Shown piece after piece: positions 10,272-20,106 of a stretch of DNA of 64,000 bases. Numbering within the stretch: the first letter of the stretch is position 1; each line of letters begins with the position of its first letter. Origin of the DNA: a virus (Duplodnaviria > Caudoviricetes); the IMG/VR virus record IMGVR_UViG_3300033463_000005, positions 194,510 through 258,509 of that record, one strand, 5' to 3'. The notes below the pieces were generated by a model that worked only from the letters and a program-made list of their open reading frames with translations, searched no databases and had not been told where the DNA came from. The position numbers were made by a program, and so were the translations under genes.

Positions 10272-10596
10272 CCTTCCTCTCTTTGATATAATAATCTTGA
10301 TAAAATTTTCTTATTTCTTCATGAAATGTCCTTTCAACCAGATCAAAATCAATTAGGACCTTGTCAGCATCATCCCAATCATCAGAATCTGGATGTTTCG
10401 GTTTATAGTTGTCCAATGTAATAGGGAAATTCCATTGCGGTTCTCCACCGCTGGGTTCACTGATATGTATTACAGGACATCTACTATTACCGAATGATTG
10501 CATACGAATATCAAAATCATATCCATGATTAATAAACTTATGATATCCCAAAACTTGTACTTCCGCCAGAGATACTCGTTCTTCCATATCAATCAC
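10264..10596 (-). CDS. hypothetical protein
   Basis: coupled ORF. Confidence 0.65.
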   Translation of the reverse strand: MIDMEERVSLAEVQVLGYHKFINHGYDFDIRMQSFGNSRCPVIHISEPSGGEPQWNFPITLDNYKPKHPDSDDWDDADKVLIDFDLVERTFHEEIRKFYQDYYIKERKDE

Positions 10597-10933
10597 ATCC
10601 CAATATCAATGTATTAAACTCCGCAGCGAAATACGATGTGTTGTAATGTTTTTCTTTGAATTGTTGATAAAATTTATCCAGACATTCAGTAGAGCAAATA
10701 TCATACCACTGAATGGAATCGATTGAATCATTGCCCCATTCACGATGTCCGGTATTGACACGGATATACACGGAATGTTCTTTGATTTCCTTTTTGCATA
10801 TATCACATGTGCAACCGGTTTCAAATATTTTTGTAAACTTATGTTTGATTATTTTACCGGTTGCTTTCTCTAATTTCTTGACTTCTTCCGGTGTATAATA
10901 TGCACACACCAATCTCTGTTTCATTCTTGCCAT
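10589..10933 (-). CDS. hypothetical Zn-binding protein
   Basis: CDIC...DICSTEC motif, GAAAGG RBS. Confidence 0.68.
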   Translation of the reverse strand: MARMKQRLVCAYYTPEEVKKLEKATGKIIKHKFTKIFETGCTCDICKKEIKEHSVYIRVNTGHREWGNDSIDSIQWYDICSTECLDKFYQQFKEKHYNTSYFAAEFNTLILGCD

Positions 10934-10949
10934 GTTACATCATCCTTTC

Positions 10950-11345
10950 TTAATCTGCAAAATTTCCGAACATTTCACGATTAAATGTGCCACCGTCTTC
11001 GATAATAATCGTGCGCGGTCCAGTATGTGTTGATAATCTGACAATACCAACTGTAGTACCCGAAAAACGTTTACCAACAACTTCCGACCATGAATACATC
11101 CGTTGTTGTTTTGTCGATGCATTCATTGCAAATGCATATTCACCGACAATATGTTCTGGTAATCTCCAACCAAATCCAGCAGGTTTGAAATATTGATTTG
11201 CTAAATGCTCATCAAATACTTCTTTCATGTTTGGTGGAATCTCAACATTTAGAACATCACCACGTTCACCCCGTCTCAATAAGATATCTCGGACAATATC
11301 AAGATCTTCTGTCAGGTTAATATCATATATTCCGATTTTCATCAT
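10950..11345 (-). CDS. hypothetical protein
   Basis: AGGAGG RBS before ATG 11345. Confidence 0.65.
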   Translation of the reverse strand: MMKIGIYDINLTEDLDIVRDILLRRGERGDVLNVEIPPNMKEVFDEHLANQYFKPAGFGWRLPEHIVGEYAFAMNASTKQQRMYSWSEVVGKRFSGTTVGIVRLSTHTGPRTIIIEDGGTFNREMFGNFAD

Positions 11346-11799
11346 GTTCCTCCTTATCAATGTCTTTGTCAATGGTTATAATATCAGAATCTTGTAATAA
11401 CATGAATCCTTTCATGTTCATTTCATCTTGGATGAATTTGAATAACCGCTGAAATATTTTAAAATCATATGAGTAAAATGGTTGCCCATAAAATTTATCT
11501 TTATAATTCTTCAATCGATTTGCATAGTATAATACACACCCGCGGTGCATAACAATGACTGGAAAATCGAAATCATCATAAAATGCAGTAATTGTACGTT
11601 GACCATTTGGATTTGAATAATAATTAACACGGATATATACCTCGGGGCTATCATGTTTTTCCATGTTGATATAGTTTATTTGAAAAATGAATCCGCCATG
11701 TGAACGAAATGTCCACGACGATGATATCAAACATTTCATTTCATCCATCATAATCGTGCGCTCCAAACATTCTTGGATCGTATATCTTGTAATTGGCAT
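11323..11799 (-). CDS. hypothetical protein
   Basis: GGAGG RBS before MPITRY. Confidence 0.68.
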   Translation of the reverse strand: MPITRYTIQECLERTIMMDEMKCLISSSWTFRSHGGFIFQINYINMEKHDSPEVYIRVNYYSNPNGQRTITAFYDDFDFPVIVMHRGCVLYYANRLKNYKDKFYGQPFYSYDFKIFQRLFKFIQDEMNMKGFMLLQDSDIITIDKDIDKEEHDENRNI

Positions 11800-11829
11800 A
11801 ATAAACCTCCATATGAAAATATAAAAATA

Positions 11830-11855
11830 GAATGGGGCGCACATGCGCCCCATTC
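11830..11855 (-). terminator. intrinsic terminator hairpin
   Basis: GAATGGGGCGC-ACAT-GCGCCCCATTC plus T-rich tail. Confidence 0.7.
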
Positions 11856-11856
11856 A

Positions 11857-12207
11857 TTATTCTTTATTCGAAGTTGGTTTTGCAGGTGTATAAAAGATAT
11901 TATATTGATTCCGAAGAATCCGAATACCCACTTCTACTTGGGTTTCTGATAGATATGCTTTTACCGTGAAATGAACATTTAATTCATTCACGATAATTGG
12001 GGCGGATTTATTCACCCAATATGATTTGGCGACTAACTCACCAGGTTTGTATCGTTTGATATAATCAATCATATCTTGTGCATTGAATTCTGTCTCTGAA
12101 CAAAATGTCAATGTTGACATGATACCACCACCCAATTCTGCACCAGATGATGTAACCATCGTGCATGGTAGTTGTTTAAACTCCCAATTGTTGATCTTCA
12201 TTTTCAT
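11857..12207 (-). CDS. hypothetical protein
   Basis: AAGGAG RBS. Confidence 0.62.
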   Translation of the reverse strand: MKMKINNWEFKQLPCTMVTSSGAELGGGIMSTLTFCSETEFNAQDMIDYIKRYKPGELVAKSYWVNKSAPIIVNELNVHFTVKAYLSETQVEVGIRILRNQYNIFYTPAKPTSNKE

Positions 12208-12523
12208 CGTCTCCTTTTTGCAATTCATAATTCATCCGTGATTCAAATTGAACCGGATTTATATGTGTTGTCTTTTGTGGATCCATAATTACATCAGAAA
12301 TTGTATCATTATCTGATAATTCTTTTAAATATTTGACAATACTATCATTTTCCATTCCCGGCATGCATTTATCAGATATCACGTCTCGTGCAATTTCATT
12401 GATTTTCCGCCTTGATGCATATGGACAATCATCATCGAAATCACACAAAGGTCCATCACTGGTGATACATTCTGGTGGACACAATCCACCGGGTGGATAT
12501 GGACATGGGAATTTTATAGGCAT
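12176..12523 (-). CDS. hypothetical protein, Cys/Pro-rich N-terminus
   Basis: AGGAGG RBS. Confidence 0.62.
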   Translation of the reverse strand: MPIKFPCPYPPGGLCPPECITSDGPLCDFDDDCPYASRRKINEIARDVISDKCMPGMENDSIVKYLKELSDNDTISDVIMDPQKTTHINPVQFESRMNYELQKGDDENEDQQLGV

Positions 12524-12524
12524 A

Positions 12525-12947
12525 TTATTTCCTCCTACGTTTCACAAAGAATGTCACAACATTTGTCGGTTCAAGAACATCAATCATGCCCGTTGTTTTA
12601 TTCACATAAAATTTTCGTCCAAATTCATATCGTGCTGCATGTGACCTACCAGCATGTTCATCCATACGTCCACGGACGTATACCGAGTGTAAAACAGCGC
12701 TTAATAGTTTTGATCCACATTTCATATCCATTGTGGAATATGATACATGATATGCATTTTCAAATACATAATACGGGATTCCTTCACGTAATAACATATC
12801 CCGAATCATTTCAACTGGATATGGTGTTCCCGGGATAATACTATTTTCAGAGAAGAACACTTTCAGTTTTGTCTCATACTGTTCTCGCAATTCTTTATTC
12901 TCGAGATAATGAGCTTCGTCATGTTTTGTTAAATCATGATTACGCAT
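12525..12947 (-). CDS. hypothetical protein
   Basis: AAGGAGG RBS. Confidence 0.7.
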   Translation of the reverse strand: MRNHDLTKHDEAHYLENKELREQYETKLKVFFSENSIIPGTPYPVEMIRDMLLREGIPYYVFENAYHVSYSTMDMKCGSKLLSAVLHSVYVRGRMDEHAGRSHAARYEFGRKFYVNKTTGMIDVLEPTNVVTFFVKRRRK

Positions 12948-12959
12948 AATAAACCTCCT

Positions 12960-13163
12960 TTATTCATCTTTCATGGAAGCACCGCATTTATCGCATGCAG
13001 TTGTTCGAACATCAGTAGGATAACCACAGATAGAACAATAGTATTTCTTAAACTTGAAACCCCTACTCTTTTGGATGAGAATATGCTGTATTGTTATTGT
13101 GTCCATACTTATTCTTGCAGCATATTCTTCAAGTGTCAACCATTCACCTTGCTGCACTATCAT
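12960..13163 (-). CDS. small Zn-ribbon protein
   Basis: CSICG...CDKCGASM, AGGAGG RBS. Confidence 0.68.
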   Translation of the reverse strand: MIVQQGEWLTLEEYAARISMDTITIQHILIQKSRGFKFKKYYCSICGYPTDVRTTACDKCGASMKDE

Positions 13164-13179
13164 ATTATCTTATCCTCCT

Positions 13180-13707
13180 TTAAGATGGCAACTGTGGTTT
13201 CTTGATTTTATTTCCAGCACCAAAATTCCAATCAAATGAAATTATCTTTTCAAATACTGTCATATCTCCCCCTACCATTAATTGTAATTTCATTGCATAT
13301 TGTTTGATGTTGATTTTATCAATATGATGCTTTACCAACGACAATACAGCATCATCAGATGAATCATCATCAAAGTTGATGAAATTAAATGCTAACATCT
13401 GATAGATTGTAAAATTCAATTCATCTTCTGTGAACATTTGTGCTGCTTCAATAAAGATGTAAATATTGAATTGTTTGTTTAATATTTCACATGTCGCCCA
13501 TAATCCATTTCGTGGTATAAACGGAAAGATACGACTCAAATCTTCTTGATGTGTGAAGTATACTTTGACTTTTGGCAACATTTCCAATGCACAAATAATT
13601 TCTTTCCATGTATGTTTCATGAATTTGTCATATGGAATAAATGGTTCACCGGTATCATCTCGGATTGGATGATACTTGGAATGTTTTATATATTTTGGAA
13701 TTATCAT
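13180..13707 (-). CDS. hypothetical protein
   Basis: coupled ORF. Confidence 0.68.
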   Translation of the reverse strand: MIIPKYIKHSKYHPIRDDTGEPFIPYDKFMKHTWKEIICALEMLPKVKVYFTHQEDLSRIFPFIPRNGLWATCEILNKQFNIYIFIEAAQMFTEDELNFTIYQMLAFNFINFDDDSSDDAVLSLVKHHIDKINIKQYAMKLQLMVGGDMTVFEKIISFDWNFGAGNKIKKPQLPS

Positions 13708-14114
13708 TCTTTCAAATCTCCCATCGAATCAATTATTATTTTATCATTTGGATCATCAATTAATCGAATTGCGTCTCTCCATATTTTGAATGTTATTATA
13801 AACTCACTTTCATAAATTGGCTTGGCATATTCATCGGTTTGACATTGTAATGGTAATTCTGTTGCATTTGGATCAAAAATTGTTCCTTTTATCTTCTCAA
13901 AAGATTCTGGTGAACCTGGTGTGACACCATAAAATGCTGTAGCACCACAGAATCTTTTACCTGTTTTATCCTTTTTAATCATAATTAAATCGGCATCTGG
14001 AAATTTTTCTTGTAAACATGACACGATTTTATGTTGCAATGTTTCATATCGATATCGTTTATATGTTTTAAAACCTCCACGTTTTTGGAGTTTCTTTTTC
14101 ATTCGTTTATTCAT
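13704..14114 (-). CDS. hypothetical protein
   Basis: first ORF after promoter motif. Confidence 0.68.
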   Translation of the reverse strand: MNKRMKKKLQKRGGFKTYKRYRYETLQHKIVSCLQEKFPDADLIMIKKDKTGKRFCGATAFYGVTPGSPESFEKIKGTIFDPNATELPLQCQTDEYAKPIYESEFIITFKIWRDAIRLIDDPNDKIIIDSMGDLKE

Positions 14115-14174
14115 AAATACATGCCGTCCTTTCAATAATTATTTGACAAGTTATGAATGATTCATTGACTTGTT

Positions 14175-14194
14175 CACGTTAATAATATATATTT
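14175..14194 (-). promoter_or_regulatory. putative phage early promoter
   Basis: minus strand AAATATATATTATTAACGTG. Confidence 0.62.
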
Positions 14195-14211
14195 AAACAG
14201 CAAGAAAAAAT

Positions 14212-14233
14212 ATGGGGCACATATGTGCCCCAT
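14212..14233 (-). terminator. intrinsic terminator hairpin
   Basis: ATGGGGCAC-ATAT-GTGCCCCAT plus T-tract. Confidence 0.7.
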
Positions 14234-14253
14234 GATATTACTTTGTCATCCTA

Positions 14254-14955
14254 TTATTCATAGAATATTTTTGGAAGACCTTTTGTCTTACGTATTTTAT
14301 CAAACGATTTTTTATGTTCTCTGATGACATTCATCATATCATCTTCCGTATGAAGTGTGATTCTAGTTCCATCATACATGGATAATACATTTGGAAACCA
14401 CTTCAACACGCGTGGTGAATTAAATGAGAATATGATCTGAACATCCGGTCTTCTTTTGATGACACGTTTTATTTTTCTCATGATCATGTCAATGTTATCA
14501 ATTGATAAACCGGAATCGATTTCATCCATCAGAATGACATGATCAATACCTTCTTCAATGTCATCCATGTCAAATCCTCGTAATAAATCATATGCTGAAT
14601 ATATGATAGCTTGTCCTTCTGACATTAATTTTGAATTGAATGATTTTGAGAACTGAAATGCTGAATTGAAATCACCCATGTATGAATCTTTTCCGGTTTT
14701 CACATTGTCTCTTGCATTCATATATGAAAAACATTTTGTTCGCCCTTCCACAGTAATTTTCAATGTTTTTTCTTTATCAAATCCATTTTTACAATAACCA
14801 TTTGTTTCAATTGCTGAAATGAATGTTGATTTTCCAATGCCATTTGGGCCAAACAATGGGATGACACGTTCTGTGAATTGTATCACATCCACTTTATCGA
14901 AGAAGAGAATCTTTGATAATTTCGTTTCAGGTATTACCTGAATTTCCTTCAGCAT
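14254..14955 (-). CDS. ABC-family (AAA_21-like) ATPase
   Basis: Walker A GPNGIGKS, signature SEGQ, Walker B ILMDEIDSGLS. Confidence 0.85.
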   Translation of the reverse strand: MLKEIQVIPETKLSKILFFDKVDVIQFTERVIPLFGPNGIGKSTFISAIETNGYCKNGFDKEKTLKITVEGRTKCFSYMNARDNVKTGKDSYMGDFNSAFQFSKSFNSKLMSEGQAIIYSAYDLLRGFDMDDIEEGIDHVILMDEIDSGLSIDNIDMIMRKIKRVIKRRPDVQIIFSFNSPRVLKWFPNVLSMYDGTRITLHTEDDMMNVIREHKKSFDKIRKTKGLPKIFYE

Positions 14956-15487
14956 TCATATTTCCTCCATTTTTGAAATACTCGTCCGGTTTCTTATTGG
15001 TTAACACCATCAAAGAACCGGCCAAATATGAAATTATCCAACCGAGTCTCATATTCAGTTCTCGATGATTTATATCATTCATATCCGGAACACCACTTGG
15101 TTTGAATTCATAATCTAATTCACCTGTTTCATCATCAAATTTTACGATGAAATCTACCTGGGGAAGATTTTCACCAAATACTTTATCACCCCATCGAAGA
15201 TTTTCGAAACATACACGAATCACATTGTGGTCTTCTGGACGAATGACAGTAAAGTGGTATGATTCATTTGCCAGTTTCCCGGTGATTGGATCCATATCAC
15301 GTTTCTCATCCGGGAAACATGTGATTGTACAACCCAACGCAGGACCATTGTCTCCATCCACATGTAAGAAGACAGTATCAATCTGCTCTGGTTTTATACC
15401 ACTCTGAACCATCAATCCGACACATGAACCAATTACTTGGTGGAATGACAATTCCGTCGCTTCATTTATACCGCCAAATCTGAACAT
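14927..15487 (-). CDS. hypothetical protein
   Basis: AGGAGG RBS, follows promoter motif at 15536-15555. Confidence 0.72.
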   Translation of the reverse strand: MFRFGGINEATELSFHQVIGSCVGLMVQSGIKPEQIDTVFLHVDGDNGPALGCTITCFPDEKRDMDPITGKLANESYHFTVIRPEDHNVIRVCFENLRWGDKVFGENLPQVDFIVKFDDETGELDYEFKPSGVPDMNDINHRELNMRLGWIISYLAGSLMVLTNKKPDEYFKNGGNMNAEGNSGNT

Positions 15488-15587
15488 TTTAAAATACCTC
15501 CTGTAAAATAATTAATTTGGATATCTGTTTGTATCCAAATTAATTATATACATATAAAAAATAAAAATGTAAGGGGACTATGTCCCC

Positions 15588-16664
15588 TTACATATTATCA
15601 GTTTTCTTTTCTTTGTTAATTTGATTCTCGTAGTCAGATAATTGTGTGGTGGCATCAATCCCATATTTATCCTTGATATATGTGATCAACGCCGGTATCG
15701 GTTGTGATGCGGTTTCAGAAACATTTCCTTCCACAATTTCATCAACCGATAATTGCAAATCATCTTCATCAACGATTTCGTTCAATTGGAATTTGATATT
15801 TGAATTCGTTGTCGAATTCATGATTCCACGATATGTCTCCATATCAGCTGTTGTTGATTGAATGATGAACCGGTGTGGAGTTTTGATTTCTTTGGCAATG
15901 TTTTCTCGCAATTGTTCCGGATTGGATATTTCAATCGTTTTGAATTCCATGGCAAATGGATTCCGATATGTTTCAACTTCATATTTATCATTACACAAAA
16001 AGAACACGTTTGGTTCATCTTCACCATATCGCCATTGTAACCATGGACCTGCATAAAACACATTATTTCCGAAATCCGTATATCCGTGATAATGCCCGAA
16101 TACACAGATATCAGAAATCTCACCCAATAATTCTGCAGAATGAATGATCTCGTATTTCGCCGATTTGCATGGATTCTTTGTTGTTGATGCAATTGGACCA
16201 TGTCCAACAATCAAATCATAATGTTTATCTTTGAAGAATTTATCATATGAGATATCATCACCATATTCTTGCGGAAGAAATAGTACATGTTTTCCATTAA
16301 ACAATACAACATCACAAGCATTCTCAATATAGAATACTTCCACGTTATCAATCTTTTGTAACATCGGGATGAAGATGTCGTATTGTTGTTGGTCATGCGT
16401 GTATGTCCCATGTACGAAATAAACAGGAACGTGTGTTCTGCCGTTTCTTCCACAGAAATTACATGCGAGATTTAATATGAAGAATGATGCAAATTTCATT
16501 TCATCGATTGTTAATTTATGATCAAACAGATCACCGGCAACGAAAATTGCATGACATTCTTCTTTGTGCTTTTTAATAATCCCCAGGAATTCGTTCAATG
16601 ATTTGAGAAAATCCTCTTTCGGTAGTTTTACGCCAAGATGTGTATCTGCAATGAATGCGTACAT
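15588..16664 (-). CDS. SbcD/Mre11-like DNA repair nuclease
   Basis: metallophosphoesterase motifs DTH, GDLFD, GTYTHD, GH, FGHYH, YAG, plus C-terminal cap domain. Confidence 0.85.
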   Translation of the reverse strand: MYAFIADTHLGVKLPKEDFLKSLNEFLGIIKKHKEECHAIFVAGDLFDHKLTIDEMKFASFFILNLACNFCGRNGRTHVPVYFVHGTYTHDQQQYDIFIPMLQKIDNVEVFYIENACDVVLFNGKHVLFLPQEYGDDISYDKFFKDKHYDLIVGHGPIASTTKNPCKSAKYEIIHSAELLGEISDICVFGHYHGYTDFGNNVFYAGPWLQWRYGEDEPNVFFLCNDKYEVETYRNPFAMEFKTIEISNPEQLRENIAKEIKTPHRFIIQSTTADMETYRGIMNSTTNSNIKFQLNEIVDEDDLQLSVDEIVEGNVSETASQPIPALITYIKDKYGIDATTQLSDYENQINKEKKTDNM

Positions 16665-17009
16665 TTATTCACCTTCCGTCTGTGATTGGATATTGTATAC
16701 TGGTTCTTGTGTGAAACGCATCTTAATTCCATACCGTTTGCATACATCAAATTCTGTTAAACATCCAGGGGATTCATTCCATCCTGGTAGGAAGAAACAT
16801 ACATCCGCATCTGCCAATAGCATAATGGAATGTCCTAACATCTTAACACGATTCCCAACAATGTCATCCGGTTTTGTGAAACTATCGATGAATTCCACTT
16901 CCGCGTCCTGTGGTAATTGCATACGAATCATTTGCATATTAAATTCTCTTGTTTTGATAATCTCTTCATCAGATAAACCTGCCATCGGTTGTGATATGAA
17001 AATTTTCAT
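16665..17009 (-). CDS. DUF4406 / nucleoside deoxyribosyltransferase-like protein
   Basis: KIFISQPMAG ... LADADVCFFLPGWNESPGCLTE pattern. Confidence 0.75.
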   Translation of the reverse strand: MKIFISQPMAGLSDEEIIKTREFNMQMIRMQLPQDAEVEFIDSFTKPDDIVGNRVKMLGHSIMLLADADVCFFLPGWNESPGCLTEFDVCKRYGIKMRFTQEPVYNIQSQTEGE

Positions 17010-17085
17010 AACAATCAACTCCTCTCAAATAAAAAATATATTTATTCGAAAATTATAAAAATGGTGGGCCGAAGCCCACCATTCA

Positions 17086-17784
17086 TCATGACGGCTTTCC
17101 ATCAACACGCGGATCATTTTTCCAAGGTTTATCAATGAAAACTGCAATGCGTTTATATTTCGGAAATTGATCTATTAACCAATTCAATTCCAATGGTTTC
17201 TCTCTTCCTCCAAAATATGCAACATCGATTTGATTATGGAAATGCGATATTTCTGATGCATAATATTTATGGCTTCCATGTATATGACCATGGATGTTCA
17301 ACTTGTTCTGATTATCTTGCGGACGATGTGAAAACAGTATATCATTCCATATAAACTTTGGAGTTACATATCTGAAACCGTTATCCAAATACCATTGATC
17401 ATCAAACAAATCATTGTTACCACGTGTCATAATTTTGATTCCTGGTATTTGTTGTAAGATGGATGATATCTCCTGTTTCTTCTCGATTTCTCCATCACAG
17501 ATATCTCCAAGAAAAATTAACAAATCATCATGATTGATAATCGACTGACAATTTTTGATAATGGTTTTAGTCTTGGGATTTTGGTAATTCGCTTTCGTAT
17601 CTTTATCAAATTTAATCAGATGCCAATCACTCATGAGATATACCTTATGTCCCGTATTCAAAGTTTTGTCAATTAAATTTGCAATTGATGTGGATTTCTT
17701 TGGGTCCGCATCCAGTATCTGTTGATTGATCTTATCTTCTTTCTTTCGGGAATATTCCTGTATGATTTGAATGAAATGATTCAT
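17086..17784 (-). CDS. calcineurin-like metallophosphoesterase
   Basis: SDWH, LGD, GNND, FSH, HGHIH motifs. Confidence 0.85.
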   Translation of the reverse strand: MNHFIQIIQEYSRKKEDKINQQILDADPKKSTSIANLIDKTLNTGHKVYLMSDWHLIKFDKDTKANYQNPKTKTIIKNCQSIINHDDLLIFLGDICDGEIEKKQEISSILQQIPGIKIMTRGNNDLFDDQWYLDNGFRYVTPKFIWNDILFSHRPQDNQNKLNIHGHIHGSHKYYASEISHFHNQIDVAYFGGREKPLELNWLIDQFPKYKRIAVFIDKPWKNDPRVDGKPS

Positions 17785-17862
17785 TGTCAACACCTCACAT
17801 ATGGATTTTATGTTTACCATTTTTGTGAAAAAAGAAGGGAGTCGGTTTGACTCCCTTCATCA

Positions 17863-19737
17863 TCAAAATGGTTGGACCAAAAAGTCATATGCTCCTTTGA
17901 TATCATAAATCGGAATATTCTTTGCTTTTGCTTTTTCTGTTTTTGCAGACGTATAACTCAAATCCGGTACAATGACAGCAACACAATCATTCGACCATCC
18001 TCCAACTTCATATCCAGACTCAATCAAAGCTTCAGTCAGATCTGCATCACGTGTTCCTGTCATGCAAATCTTTCCACCTTTTCCATATTGATAATCAACA
18101 CGCTTTAACCGTTTCGGTACCCACTCCATCATTGATTGAATTTCTTCTTTATTGCGCATATATCCATCAATGATTCGTTGCAGTTTCATAGTTCCAACAT
18201 TTGGAATATATCCAATCGTCATAATGTATTCCGGAAAACTACCATCCACCATCGAATGAATGATTTCATCATCTCCAACAACAGACAGGATTTGTTTCCA
18301 TGTCTTCTCATCCGTGTCGTTGAAAGATAATGCCCCGAGGAATCGTGGAAGTGTTGCTTCTTCCAAAGCTTTCGAGATTGAGTTGATGATGTTCAGAAAT
18401 GATTGATAACCAATACCTTCGACTTCTTGTGGAATGATATCATCATATGTATGCAGATCATATAGATCTTCAATCTTTGATAAAAATCCACCATCGTACA
18501 ATTTTGTGATAACACCTTTACCGACACCAACCATCTTCATCTTTTCTGCATGACGAATGATTGCACCGAGCTTCAATCCTTTGCAATTCGGATTGGAACA
18601 ACGTACAAGTCGATATGACAAATAATCCAGCTTTGCACCACAGATCGGACAATTCTGTGGAACCGGAATCGGATAATCACCATCATGATACGATTCCAAG
18701 AAATATGGCACGATGTTGTACATGATGCGAACCGTGTCATCATGGCGTAATTGCATATCCACAACACGTTGTAATGTGGATAATGTCACATGATCAACCG
18801 TAACCGTATCAAACTTTACTGGTTCCAGAATTGCAACAGGAGTGATTCTCCCTTGTTTTCCGAATTGATACTCAATTGATTTCAGCTTCGTCTCTTGCAC
18901 ATTATACAGAATCTTGATTGCGATTTCATATTCGGGACGTGTGAATACGACTGGTCCATCAAAGTGAATCATCGATGGAACCACACCATCAATTGAATAT
19001 GTCTTTTCGTTGATTTTAACTGTGGCGCCATCATCTAATCTCGCTTTGATAAATGATTCAATCCCTGTGTAATCATCACATCGACAAAATAGACACGTTG
19101 AAGATTCTGTCAATGGAGATGGGATGTATTGTCTTCCATCGATATACCCACGCAACGGAATCAATGACACATATCGAATCAAATCCATATTACGGGATGT
19201 AATTGCAGCAGCAACAACATCACGTGGACGTTTGTATATTTTACTTAAATCACTTTGGAAGAATGATTCGTGTGAAACAATTGCTTCGAATTTAATTGCC
19301 GTTGTTCCATCCCATACAAATGAACGAATCTCTTCCAATCGATTTTCGAATAACTCAGTCACATCGACTGAAGTCCCATCATCATAATCCCCTCTTGTGA
19401 AGAATCGATTGGTTCGTAAATCACATGCAACCGAACATCCGTCGAATTTTGGCTGTAAACAAATATCACCATTCCATGATTTTGATTCAATGTGGTCTTT
19501 ATATGTTTTCTGTCCCGGTCGCATCGGAATTGTACATCCATATACTTTCGGTAGTGTTCCGACGATATCATTGACTGCATCGGATTGCGTTTGTCTATTG
19601 AATGGACGTGCTGATTCTCCACCATGTTCTTTCAGATAATCTTCCAATAGTCTATCATATTCTTCGTCTGAAATGAGTGGATTGCCTTTTGAATACGCTT
19701 CAATGTATTTGTCCAATTCTTGTTTTGTGATTGACAT
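17863..19737 (-). CDS. ligA: NAD-dependent DNA ligase
   Basis: Y..GNPLISDEEYD domain Ia, KFDG adenylation motif, TRGD, IDGVV, OB fold GRITPVAILEPV, Zn finger CPICG...CSNPNC, HhH, BRCT-like C-terminus. Confidence 0.95.
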   Translation of the reverse strand: MSITKQELDKYIEAYSKGNPLISDEEYDRLLEDYLKEHGGESARPFNRQTQSDAVNDIVGTLPKVYGCTIPMRPGQKTYKDHIESKSWNGDICLQPKFDGCSVACDLRTNRFFTRGDYDDGTSVDVTELFENRLEEIRSFVWDGTTAIKFEAIVSHESFFQSDLSKIYKRPRDVVAAAITSRNMDLIRYVSLIPLRGYIDGRQYIPSPLTESSTCLFCRCDDYTGIESFIKARLDDGATVKINEKTYSIDGVVPSMIHFDGPVVFTRPEYEIAIKILYNVQETKLKSIEYQFGKQGRITPVAILEPVKFDTVTVDHVTLSTLQRVVDMQLRHDDTVRIMYNIVPYFLESYHDGDYPIPVPQNCPICGAKLDYLSYRLVRCSNPNCKGLKLGAIIRHAEKMKMVGVGKGVITKLYDGGFLSKIEDLYDLHTYDDIIPQEVEGIGYQSFLNIINSISKALEEATLPRFLGALSFNDTDEKTWKQILSVVGDDEIIHSMVDGSFPEYIMTIGYIPNVGTMKLQRIIDGYMRNKEEIQSMMEWVPKRLKRVDYQYGKGGKICMTGTRDADLTEALIESGYEVGGWSNDCVAVIVPDLSYTSAKTEKAKAKNIPIYDIKGAYDFLVQPF

Positions 19738-19762
19738 ATTAACCTCCTATACGAAATAGAAT

Positions 19763-19786
19763 GATGGGGCGCATATGCGCCCCATC
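19763..19786 (-). terminator. GC palindromic hairpin/terminator
   Basis: GATGGGGCGC-ATAT-GCGCCCCATC. Confidence 0.6.
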
Positions 19787-19793
19787 TCATCAT

Positions 19794-20057
19794 TTATAAT
19801 CCAAATGCTTTTGGACCGATTACTTGTGAAGGTGGTGGATTTGTAAGACCCGGTGTACAATGAGCAACCCATGGGGACATTGCATCAACTGCAGGAGTGT
19901 TTGGATTCTCATCGAAATTTACCGGAAATGGTTGACCAGTTCCTGTTGGAAAGTGACCCTTCTCCATGTCTTTCAGAATCGTTGTGAAATCGGTTGTTCC
20001 CGCATAATTATGCGCAGGCGTCATAATGGTTGATTGTCCGGATGAATAAATATCCAT
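19794..20057 (-). CDS. hypothetical protein
   Basis: AAAGGAGG RBS. Confidence 0.68.
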   Translation of the reverse strand: MDIYSSGQSTIMTPAHNYAGTTDFTTILKDMEKGHFPTGTGQPFPVNFDENPNTPAVDAMSPWVAHCTPGLTNPPPSQVIGPKAFGL

Positions 20058-20106
20058 AAACTCAACCTCCTTTCACAGTAATCATATATCTATATAAATA
20101 AAATTA